NCBI GenBank assembly: GCA_964588305.1
Contig: CAZPOP010000008.1
Coordinates: 12,145-76,144, forward strand
Length of the DNA stretch: 64,000 nucleotides
Direction of reading: 5' to 3'
Source: an uncultured Ignavibacteria bacterium
GTDB lineage: Bacteria; Zixibacteria; MSB-5A5; SM1-73
Numbering within the stretch: position 1 is the stretch's first letter; each line of letters opens with the position of its first letter. A program made the translations under genes and the position numbers. This document shows, in pieces, positions 17,641 to 26,115 of the stretch. A model generated the notes under the pieces. The model ran no database searches. It worked only from the letters and a program-made list of their open reading frames with translations, and was not told the origin of the DNA.

Positions 17641-19008
17641 TTACATGTTGAGCTGATAGATTATCTTGAATTGTACGCTCTTGCCCTGCAACTCCTTTTC
17701 AGTCAACTTGACCCCCTGGAAAAGGGGGGATTGAATGAAGTTGTTTTGCACCTGCTCCACCAGCAGAAGCGACTTAATTTCGTCCGAACCATCGGCCACG
17801 CCGGTGACCTCGCCGCGCCAAGCCCCTTTGACCGTCTTTAGGGTGAAGGTTTTGAGCGCCACGCCCTGCGGTACCACCGCTGCCAGCTCCATGAGAATTT
17901 GGGACCAAGGCGGCTGAGAAGTTTCCAGGGATTGAGAGACGAACTCCAGAGCCAAATCTCTCAACCTGTCTTCCTTCATCCTGATCTCTCCGTCGATGCC
18001 TTTGTGGTAGACGTCCAGGTTTTTCAGATTCAAGGAAAACCGGGAAATGGCCAGCAGGCACATCAGAAGAATACCCGCGCAAACAGAAGAAGTAAGGATT
18101 AGCGTCCTTTTGGTTTTCCTCTTTTCCTGAACGGAAAAGGGCACGAAGGTGAAATCAAAGTGAGCCGGGTCCAGCAGAGCCAGCCCCAAGCATCCGGGGT
18201 GAATGTGAACTGCCTCTTCCAAGCCCTGGAAAAGGGTTTCAGGTCCAAAAGGAACAATCTCGGCTCCGGTCTTCTGTTTTAGGTGTTCCACCGTTCCCGG
18301 GACGGTGGAGCTTCCCGCGAACAGCAGTCTGTTCACCCTCTCCTCAGGATAAGCCTCGTTATAGAAGAGCAGGGTTCTATAGATGTCCGTGGCTAAGGCG
18401 GAACGGTCCGGGTCTTTCTCTTGCTCAGTGGCATTTACCTCCCGGGTAACGCGGATATCTTTGCCTTTGAAGATGACAATTCGAGTGGTAGGATAGTCTA
18501 TCTCTATGAATCCCAAAGGCTCCTCGCCAACGACTCCCAGTCCGTCCAGCAGTCTCTCCAGGGCTAAGGGGTAAGTGGTGAACAAGTTCGGTGTGATCCG
18601 CGAGCTGGCAAACATCTTTGAAAGCTCTTCCAAAGCGTTTCTCTTGATTCCTGCGCTCATCATTTTTCGGTTGACCTTGTTTCCGGGACCCGGTATCTGG
18701 CCCAAGTCCCGGTCTCCGAATTGATAATCGTTTCCCAGGGTTTTTATCACCTCGGTCTCGAGGGCTGATTTGACCATGTTGCTCTTCATGTCGGGGATAA
18801 CAAAGGTCTTGTGGAAAGTGTTGTCCAAAGTTCCGGAAACCCTTATTTCCTCTACCTTCGCGGACATGGTTTTAAGATCTTCCACCAAGAACCTGGTCAA
18901 CTCAGAAACTGCAAATTCAAGCGATGCCACCACCTTCAGTCCCTTCTTCCCTCTCTCTACTCCCGCAATCTTCACTTTCTTGTTTGTAAAATCCATGCAC
19001 AATATCAT
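17641..19008 (-). CDS. PilM-PilN fusion (MshI-like)
   Basis: N-terminal actin-like PilM fold (MDFTNKKVK; IEIDYPTTRIVIF; LLFAGS; GLAL), then a TM helix and a PilN-like domain (WSQILMELAAVVPQGVAL..QSPLF). Confidence 0.75.
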   Translation of the reverse strand: MILCMDFTNKKVKIAGVERGKKGLKVVASLEFAVSELTRFLVEDLKTMSAKVEEIRVSGTLDNTFHKTFVIPDMKSNMVKSALETEVIKTLGNDYQFGDRDLGQIPGPGNKVNRKMMSAGIKRNALEELSKMFASSRITPNLFTTYPLALERLLDGLGVVGEEPLGFIEIDYPTTRIVIFKGKDIRVTREVNATEQEKDPDRSALATDIYRTLLFYNEAYPEERVNRLLFAGSSTVPGTVEHLKQKTGAEIVPFGPETLFQGLEEAVHIHPGCLGLALLDPAHFDFTFVPFSVQEKRKTKRTLILTSSVCAGILLMCLLAISRFSLNLKNLDVYHKGIDGEIRMKEDRLRDLALEFVSQSLETSQPPWSQILMELAAVVPQGVALKTFTLKTVKGAWRGEVTGVADGSDEIKSLLLVEQVQNNFIQSPLFQGVKLTEKELQGKSVQFKIIYQLNM

Positions 19009-19021
19009 TTAGCTTGCTCCC

Positions 19022-19873
19022 CTAAGGACAAATATCATCGCCGCCACAACCCTCATCGGTTTTGTTGGGGCCGGCAGAGTGAAACTCATGATTGAATGAA
19101 TCCCAGCAATATTCGACGCCCCAAGGATCCACTATGTGGTCGGCATTCCAGACAAGTCCGGCGTTGACCAAAGAGGCCGTTCCGGACACCAGGCTCCATT
19201 CAGTCAGACCATCCGAGTTGCCCGGGCCATCGGTGGAGTCCTCGTCTACGAATCCATCTTGATCATCGTCGTTTTCAGCCAAAATCAATGCAGCTTGGTC
19301 CAGCACAGATACCTCCTCTTCTATCTCTCGTCGCCAGGCAATTGAGGATGCCAGCTCATTAGCCGAAAGATAGATGAGTATGTCGTCGAAGTCGGCAGTT
19401 GTGCCATCTTGAGTATATTCTCCATTAGTCAAATCACTGTTGTTCTCCTCAAAATGCAGATTTATTCCACTGCATATCAGTATGGCAGCCGTAGAGCCTA
19501 TGGACTGACCATCAACTTTCAAGTCGGAGAACGGAGAACCGTTATTAGTGGCCAGGTAAGCATAGGTTTTCCCTGCATAAATCTCATCCGTTTGTGCCTT
19601 CGGAGGAAGGTCCAGATCGTCTATGGGCACCACGTATCCGGAATCCGGCAAGGGGAGGACCAGGTGTGCCCTATAATAACCGAGGATTGCCTCTCGGATA
19701 CTTTCCATCTCCTTCTTGGTATTTGTTTCCCTTTGTTTTTTTCCAACTGCGGCGTAAAGTCCCACAACCGAAACCGTCAGCATTCCGATTATGGCCATGG
19801 TTATGGACAGCTCCAGAAGGGTAAATCCCTTGAACGAACGCCCACCGGCTATCCGACAAAGAAAGAGTCTCAT
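19022..19873 (-). CDS. Minor pilin / pseudopilin with prepilin N-terminal cleavage motif
   Basis: KG|FTLLEL class III signal; DPWG..Y and SAGPN GspG-like motifs; acidic DDDQDGFVDED loop. Confidence 0.85.
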   Translation of the reverse strand: MRLFLCRIAGGRSFKGFTLLELSITMAIIGMLTVSVVGLYAAVGKKQRETNTKKEMESIREAILGYYRAHLVLPLPDSGYVVPIDDLDLPPKAQTDEIYAGKTYAYLATNNGSPFSDLKVDGQSIGSTAAILICSGINLHFEENNSDLTNGEYTQDGTTADFDDILIYLSANELASSIAWRREIEEEVSVLDQAALILAENDDDQDGFVDEDSTDGPGNSDGLTEWSLVSGTASLVNAGLVWNADHIVDPWGVEYCWDSFNHEFHSAGPNKTDEGCGGDDICP

Positions 19874-20001
19874 CTAATTTTCGAAGATAGACTAATATTA
19901 GAAACCAAACCTAAAAGGCCGGGATGGGGATACCTGGGAAAACCGGCGTTCCCCTTCCTTCCTTATCCGTCAAAGCGTGCGGAGAACCTGCATAGGGAAA
20001 T

Positions 20002-20048
20002 TCGGTGGGGAGGGGAGACTGTCTGTGGCAGTTCCCCCTCCCAACCGA
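20002..20048 (-). terminator. Strong hairpin immediately downstream of the major pilin gene
   Basis: TCGGT-GGGGAGGGGAGACTG...CAGTTCCCCCTCCCA-ACCGA imperfect inverted repeat about 12 nt past the pilin stop. Confidence 0.6.
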
Positions 20049-20059
20049 CGGTAATCCCT

Positions 20060-20575
20060 TTAGTCGACGAAGTAGTAAACATCAATCTTTGCAGTACCAG
20101 TGTAAGTCGCAGGTGACGTAATATAACCGGTGCTGTCTACTCCGTCGTCAATCTGTTGGTCAACACTCGACGCCACGTCCGGAGGAAGACTGACCTTGAT
20201 GAAATTGCCGTTTCTGTGGGACGTGGGTGTGCCAAGCGTGTCGGCCCCGAAGTAATACTTAGCTCCGAACGGACTCCTTTTGGTTTCGTAAGCTAACTCT
20301 TCGGACTCTATAGCGTTCCACACGTTGGAGTCGGCATCGAAGTAACCGTCAGCATCGCCATCGCCGGGCAGCTGCAGGAATCTGTCGAAGTAGACGTAGA
20401 CCGCTCCGTAAAGACCCCGTAAGTCCGATATCTGCCTTTTGATCTTGGCGTTCTTGATCATCTGGGCGCCTCCCAGAATGGCCCCGATCAGAAGACCGAT
20501 GATCACCAATCCTATAGCCAACTCGACCAGAGTGAAACCGGCCTGACTCCGGAAAAGCTTTCTCATGCTCTTCAT
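20060..20575 (-). CDS. Probable major type IV pilin
   Basis: AG|FTLVEL class III signal with E5; first gene of the operon; LPGD and IDDG motifs; AAGGGGGGTGA RBS. Confidence 0.88.
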   Translation of the reverse strand: MKSMRKLFRSQAGFTLVELAIGLVIIGLLIGAILGGAQMIKNAKIKRQISDLRGLYGAVYVYFDRFLQLPGDGDADGYFDADSNVWNAIESEELAYETKRSPFGAKYYFGADTLGTPTSHRNGNFIKVSLPPDVASSVDQQIDDGVDSTGYITSPATYTGTAKIDVYYFVD

Positions 20576-20909
20576 TTCTTTTCACCCCCCTTCATTGTTT
20601 TAGGTTTATTCTTTCGCCTTTCTTCCGGCTAAATGGATTGAGTCCACTTAACGCGCAGACGATAAGAATGATTTGACTTTCTCACCTGGGTTTTTTGAGC
20701 GCTTAAGATCCCCCCTTGTGAGTTTTGAGTGAGAAGTCTTCCCCCTCTTTTTCTCTGGCTTATGCCCTAACTTGTTTGGAAATCTCAAAGCGAAAATGCT
20801 CCTCCGTCACGTTATCTCTATCAGTCCATTAGGAGGTGCTTTCCGCGGGCAAGGAAATTATGATATGGATTTTCCGCGGCCGTCCCCTCAACACTTCCGT
20901 TGTATGACC

Positions 20910-20936
20910 TTATCGGCGATTTAATTCCGAACTTTA
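20910..20936 (-). promoter_or_regulatory. Sigma-28 (FliA/SigD-type) promoter of the type IV pilus operon
   Basis: Minus strand TAAAGTTC-GGAATTAAATC(11 nt)-GCCGATAA; one mismatch to consensus. Confidence 0.82.
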
Positions 20937-21287
20937 GACTAAGACATCCTAAAGCCTAAATATAATATCTCTGGAAATCTAATTCCTCCTTTCTGTCCCC
21001 GATACGATTTTTGCGGTTTAAGAATCAACCATAGCAACCTCCGTGCCCATTTGCCTGCGGGGTGCTTAAGAGAGAATGAAACGTGTTGAGAACCAACAGA
21101 TTGAATCTCTGAGCTAAACTCTCATGCCTTGACAAGAGACTGGTTTTCTTTGGAAAAATGTGGGGTGCATCCAACACGTTATTAGGTACCTCCCACAGGA
21201 AAGTCCCCGTTTCGCTCTGATTGACGTAAGCATCTCGATTCCCAGATATATCGGGGAGAATACTATCAGCTCCTTTCAAAAGAATTC

Positions 21288-21316
21288 TTGACAGGAGCCG
21301 GAGTCCATGGTATAAT
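21288..21316 (+). promoter_or_regulatory. Consensus sigma-70 promoter of the tRNA
   Basis: TTGACA-N17-TATAAT with TG extended -10. Confidence 0.9.
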
Positions 21317-21324
21317 TAACACGA

Positions 21325-21401
21325 GCGCCCATAGCTCAACTGGATAGAGCGCCTGACTACGGATCAGACGGTTGGGGGTTCGAATCCCTCTGGGCGTGCC
21401 A
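21325..21401 (+). tRNA. tRNA-Arg (anticodon ACG)
   Basis: 77-nt cloverleaf: acceptor GCGCCCA/TGGGCGT, D arm TAGCTCAACTGGATAGAGC, anticodon loop CTACGGA, T loop GTTCGAATC, encoded CCA. Confidence 0.97.
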
Positions 21402-21410
21402 GAAATTGAC

Positions 21411-21438
21411 AAAGCCCCGCCTTTGGCGGGGTTTTTTT
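21411..21438 (+). terminator. Rho-independent terminator
   Basis: AAAGCCCCGCC-TTT-GGCGGGG followed by T7. Confidence 0.88.
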
Positions 21439-21562
21439 GTCTGCTAGGAAATTCGGTGTTAGTGGAACGCCGAATTAGGAAAGCTTAATCCATGACGCCC
21501 GAATCCACCTTTGACGTTTCGTCTGCTCGGAGATGCTACAAAGGCTGAGTTCTGGACTTGAA

Positions 21563-22594
21563 TCATCCTGACCTGTGTGGCTCAATGATTACTTTGATGC
21601 ACTCCTTGGCCTGGGCCACAAGCTTGAAGCCTAAGGCCGTCTCCTCAAGACTCAATCGATGGGTAATCATTGTCCTTACAGGCACCCGACCTGCGTGGAT
21701 CAGTTCTATTGCCTGAGTGCAGTCCAATGGGCTGGCACCGTATGAGGGCAGAAGTGTAATTCCGTTACGCCAAAAATCGTTCACCGGAACAGGGAGCTCG
21801 ACGCCCGGATCTGTCGGCGCAAAGAACAGGATGGTACCGGCACGTTCCACGCACTGCAGTGCCTGGGTAAAGGCGGGCAGAGCTCCGGTGCAGACGATCA
21901 CCAGGTCGGCAAGCCGGCCGCCGTTCATCTCACGCAGGCGGCCAGGAATGTCCTCCCGGGCGTGTATCACCGCATCTGCTCCAAACTGTTTTGCCGCATT
22001 AAGACGATATTCATTGACATCCGTTGTAATCACCCGTCCAGCCCCCAGAGCGCGAGCCAGAAGCAGGTGAAGCAGTCCGGAAATGCCGCTGCCCAGGATC
22101 AACACGCTTTGCCCCGGTTTCAGGCGCGCCATTCTTTGTCCGCGGAGAACGCAACCCAATGGCTCGACAAACGATCCCTCCTCAAAGGAGACCTGGTCAG
22201 GCAGAATGAAGACGCCGCGATCCACGTTGAGTCGTGGAACCCTTATGTATTCTGAAAAGCCACCGGGATCATAGTTTGTGGTATGCAAAGTATCACACAC
22301 CGTATGATGGCCGCTCAGGCAAAAGTAGCAGGTATTGCAGGGAATATGATGGGAGACGAAGACCCTGTCGCCGGTTTTGTAATGCGCTACACCTTCTCCG
22401 GTTTCGACGATCTCCCCCCCGATCTCATGCCCCAAGACCAGAGGAGCTTTCTTTATGCGATACCATTCCATCACGTCGCTGCCGCAGATGCCGCTGGCTA
22501 GGACTTTCACCAGCATTTCGCCGGGACCGATCTTCGGCGTCGGTAGTTCCTCTAGCCTGACGTCATTATTATTATAGTACATTGCTACCCGCAT
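21563..22594 (-). CDS. Zn-dependent MDR dehydrogenase (L-iditol/threonine dehydrogenase-like)
   Basis: GICGSD, LGHE, CxxCxxCx7C structural Zn site, EPLGC and GxGxxG. Confidence 0.92.
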   Translation of the reverse strand: MRVAMYYNNNDVRLEELPTPKIGPGEMLVKVLASGICGSDVMEWYRIKKAPLVLGHEIGGEIVETGEGVAHYKTGDRVFVSHHIPCNTCYFCLSGHHTVCDTLHTTNYDPGGFSEYIRVPRLNVDRGVFILPDQVSFEEGSFVEPLGCVLRGQRMARLKPGQSVLILGSGISGLLHLLLARALGAGRVITTDVNEYRLNAAKQFGADAVIHAREDIPGRLREMNGGRLADLVIVCTGALPAFTQALQCVERAGTILFFAPTDPGVELPVPVNDFWRNGITLLPSYGASPLDCTQAIELIHAGRVPVRTMITHRLSLEETALGFKLVAQAKECIKVIIEPHRSG

Positions 22595-22628
22595 TCTTTT
22601 CCCTCCACCATTTCATTCCCGGAAATCA

Positions 22629-23423
22629 TTATCCCTTACTCTTAGTGGCATTGAACAGCTTGTGGGCTTCTTCGGGAGTGGCGTTTTCGTGCACAATAGC
22701 GCGCAGGGCCTTGGCCACAGCCACGGGGTGAGGATTCTGCCAGACGTTTCTTCCCAGATTTATGCCCACAGCGCCTTTTTGCATGCCGTCATAGACGAAA
22801 TCGAACACCTCCCGTTCCGTCTCGCACTTGGGCCCGCCCGCCATCACTACCGGAACCGGACACCCTTCTACAACCTTGTCGAAATCTTTCTCACACCAAT
22901 AGGTTTTTACCACGCGTGCGCCCAGTTCGGCCGCAATACGACAGCTTAAAGCAAGGTAGCGGGCGTCTTTTTGCCCCACCTCTTTACCCACAGCCGTCAC
23001 AGCCATTACCGGAATGCCGTAATCCTCGCACTCGTTCACCAAATCCGCCAAATTCATAAGCGATTGATGTTCATAACTACTCCCCACAAAGATGGAAATG
23101 CCTACCGCTGCTGCATTAAGGCGGAGGATCTCTTCTATGGAGGTGGTGATTTCCTCGTCGGCCAAGTCTTCTCCCACCATGCTGGTGCCCCCGGATACCC
23201 TGAGAATGATCGGTTTGTCGATGGCCGGGTCTACCGATGAGCGCAATACTCCCCTAGTAACAAACAGAGCGTCGCAATAGGGAAGAAGAGGCTTTATGGT
23301 TTCACCCGGTTTTTCCAGACACCTTGTCGGTCCCTGAAAATATCCATGATCGATGGGCAAGAAGAAGCAATGACCATCGGGTCTAATCAGCTGGCTGAGC
23401 CTGTTTTTCATTCCCCAATCCAT
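22629..23423 (-). CDS. lsrF: LsrF-family thiolase / class I aldolase (DhnA family)
   Basis: MDWGMKNRL, DHGYFQGPT, ELGA..VKTY, AGGPK and GRNVWQ motifs typical of LsrF. Confidence 0.88.
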   Translation of the reverse strand: MDWGMKNRLSQLIRPDGHCFFLPIDHGYFQGPTRCLEKPGETIKPLLPYCDALFVTRGVLRSSVDPAIDKPIILRVSGGTSMVGEDLADEEITTSIEEILRLNAAAVGISIFVGSSYEHQSLMNLADLVNECEDYGIPVMAVTAVGKEVGQKDARYLALSCRIAAELGARVVKTYWCEKDFDKVVEGCPVPVVMAGGPKCETEREVFDFVYDGMQKGAVGINLGRNVWQNPHPVAVAKALRAIVHENATPEEAHKLFNATKSKG

Positions 23424-23459
23424 TTCGAATACCTCCCTGACATATCATCGAATGGTTTT

Positions 23460-23681
23460 TTACTGGTCGTCTCTTTCAGGTGTGACGATCAAATACCCTT
23501 TCTCTATCAACCAGTGATGAAACTGGTACGTGGTGTATCTGCAATTCTCTTTACAGATTTGTCTTATCTGTTCATACTCCTGAGAGCCTTCTTCTTGAGC
23601 ATCCAGCTTCAGTTGAACCGGACACTTCACGTCCTTGCAGAATTCTCTCCGTTTATAGTCAACATATCCTTTGATCGACAT
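23460..23681 (-). CDS. Small Cys/His-rich hypothetical protein
   Basis: AAAGGTGAG RBS; C-x4-C...C-x3-C and FHHWL; co-oriented upstream of lsrF. Confidence 0.72.
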   Translation of the reverse strand: MSIKGYVDYKRREFCKDVKCPVQLKLDAQEEGSQEYEQIRQICKENCRYTTYQFHHWLIEKGYLIVTPERDDQ

Positions 23682-24022
23682 AACTCACCTTTCTTGAGCT
23701 TTTCTTGGTTTCACAATTCGAAAGATTCGGTTTGTGTGCGCCCCGTGAATCCATATCGAACCATAACACGCTTTTTCACAAACCCCAAACGACTTCACAG
23801 TACGTCCCATGATAAGCAAAAAGGAAGCGAAAGTCAAGTTCTCCGCCTGACAGTGATGTCAAGAATTTCATGCCGTTTCCGAAATTTTCATTGCCCTTTT
23901 GTAATGTGCAACGTATGTTCTAAACAGGTAAAATCAGGTTGAGCTTTTGCCGAGGCCAATTTGCAGAGATTCCATGCAGGCCGTTTTTGAGCAGAAATTC
24001 ATTTTCAAAAGGAGAAAAGAAT

Positions 24023-26008
24023 ATGTTTCGGAACCGGATATTCATCTTGGGGTTTCTGTCGTTGATCTTTTTGGTCTGGCCAATGCTTGCTGACGCTGGC
24101 TCTGATGTGGAGGGACTCCTGGCTGAGATAGACACCTGGATTACTGCGGATACCGCTCGCATCCTGAGCTTTGTCGATAGCTGTAACGCCCGCAGCCGAT
24201 CCGTTCTGGAAGGATCGCCTCATTGGGACGGAGCCTATCGGGATCTCAGTTTCCTGCTGGGGATCGACTACGTGGAGAGCCCACAGATCGACAACACCGG
24301 ACGAATGTATTTTCTGATGAGGATCACAGGTGAGAGCGACGCGCTTTTCTACGTCGATCAGGCCATGGGCTGGCCCCACCAGATGACGCCGAACAACTGG
24401 TTCTCCGAAGGCTTGTCCATCGGTTACTATGACGTGCATCCATCCGGCAAGTACGTTCTGGTGGGGGTGGAGAAACACGGCAACGAAAACCATGACGTGT
24501 ACCTGTTCGAGAGAGAGGGTGGATTTCGCCCTTTGATTCAGAATGAAAACGTCCAGTATCGAACCATCGTTTTCAAAAATGAAGATGAGTTTTTCTTAGT
24601 CAGCGATGACAACAAGAACCTCTTTCTTTTGAAATACACGATTTCCTCCGGCAAGCTGGATACTCTGTATACCGAAGATGAGTCTTTCGATCCGGAGGAT
24701 TACTTCGACGGAAAACTCCTCTGCTCCCGGTGGTTCAGCTTCTCCGAAAGCCAGCTTTTCATCTATGACCCGGAGAATAACAAGGCCACGGACATCACCG
24801 GGCGGGGACTTTTCTGGGGTGGCTGTTTTGCTCTGGACGGTCGAATAGTCACCCTGACCTCCGAGCTATCTTCCGAAGATGAATTCCTGAAATTTGCAAG
24901 CGTCGATCCGGACAAACCCGAGAAACTGACTTTCCTCTGCGATCCAAAACTCGAAGTGGACAATTATCTTCTGGTGAGAAATACCGGAACCATCGCTGCA
25001 ACTCTTAACAAGGACGGTTACTCCCAGCTTCTGGGATTTGACTTGGAGGGAAATCTACTTGACCTCCCTCAACCGGAGATCGGAGTGGTTGGTGGGTCAT
25101 CCGCGAATGAGTTCGGAGAAGTGATATTTGGCTTCTCTTCTCCACGAACGGCGCCTGTTTTGTATAAGTTTCGATTAGGAACGAATTCGCTGAAGCAGAT
25201 TGCCTCAACTTCGAGTTTTGGCTTCGACTTTTCAAACATCAAGGTTGAAGTGATCCATTACCCTTCCTCAGATGGGATGCAAATCCCTGCTCTGCTTTAC
25301 TACGCTTCCGGTGCTAAGAAAGACGGCAAGAATCCAGCCATAGTGGTATATCATGGAGGCCCGCCCTCACAAAGCCAGCCATATTTTCAGCGAAACGTCT
25401 CTTTTGCCTTGAGCCGGGGGATCGTCGTCTTATTTCCCAACGTGAGAGGATCAACCGGATATGGTCCGGCCTTCGAGGAAGCAGACAATCTGGAAGGCAG
25501 GGAGCAGTCACTTGTGGATTGTGAGTTGGCCTTGGATTATCTGGTGGAGCAAGGGTGGAGCACCCACGACAGAATTGCCATCTGGGGTGGCTCCTATGGT
25601 GGTTACGTGGTGAATTACTTGAGCGTCAAGGCTCCGGACAAGTTTGCCTGTGGCGTCTCGGAAGTAGGAATGTCTGACATAGACCACAACGACACGCTTG
25701 TGGATCTCACCTTCCGCAAAGGTTGGGAAAGGGAGTTGGGGCCGGTGGGAAGTGAGCTGACACATAGACTCTCCCCGATCTTCTATGTCGAGAACATCAA
25801 GCGACCTCTATTCCTTACCGGTGGATACAATGATCCCCGGGTCCCGGCAAGCGACGCCCGCAGGTTCAGCCTGGTGCTTTCTGATTTGGGCAAGGAGGTT
25901 CTCTACTATGAGGAAGTGGAAGCGGGCCACGGCGGCGTTACCAAAAGTCAAGTCATAGAAGAATATGCCAGGTCCTACGTTTTTATGCTGGATTACATCA
26001 TGCGGTGA
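24023..26008 (+). CDS. Secreted S9-family (acylaminoacyl/dipeptidyl) peptidase
   Basis: Signal peptide; beta-propeller region; HGGP, NVRGSTGYG, GGSYGG nucleophile, NDPRVP and GHG triad. ATG 24023 follows AGGAG. Confidence 0.9.
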   Translation: MFRNRIFILGFLSLIFLVWPMLADAGSDVEGLLAEIDTWITADTARILSFVDSCNARSRSVLEGSPHWDGAYRDLSFLLGIDYVESPQIDNTGRMYFLMRITGESDALFYVDQAMGWPHQMTPNNWFSEGLSIGYYDVHPSGKYVLVGVEKHGNENHDVYLFEREGGFRPLIQNENVQYRTIVFKNEDEFFLVSDDNKNLFLLKYTISSGKLDTLYTEDESFDPEDYFDGKLLCSRWFSFSESQLFIYDPENNKATDITGRGLFWGGCFALDGRIVTLTSELSSEDEFLKFASVDPDKPEKLTFLCDPKLEVDNYLLVRNTGTIAATLNKDGYSQLLGFDLEGNLLDLPQPEIGVVGGSSANEFGEVIFGFSSPRTAPVLYKFRLGTNSLKQIASTSSFGFDFSNIKVEVIHYPSSDGMQIPALLYYASGAKKDGKNPAIVVYHGGPPSQSQPYFQRNVSFALSRGIVVLFPNVRGSTGYGPAFEEADNLEGREQSLVDCELALDYLVEQGWSTHDRIAIWGGSYGGYVVNYLSVKAPDKFACGVSEVGMSDIDHNDTLVDLTFRKGWERELGPVGSELTHRLSPIFYVENIKRPLFLTGGYNDPRVPASDARRFSLVLSDLGKEVLYYEEVEAGHGGVTKSQVIEEYARSYVFMLDYIMR

Positions 26009-26115
26009 TCTAGCGCTGGCCAAAAGCGAATCCTTAGTAACCTGCAGGCAGGAAACGCTAAGAAGATTCAATTGTCAAACTGACGTGAAATCGTCAAGAA
26101 AGAGGAGGGATTTTT

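Noticed and set aside
21025-21440. Genomic island integrated at tRNA-Arg
   Set aside because: No integrase and no duplicated tRNA 3' end seen; the pilus loci lie on the 5' side of the tRNA.
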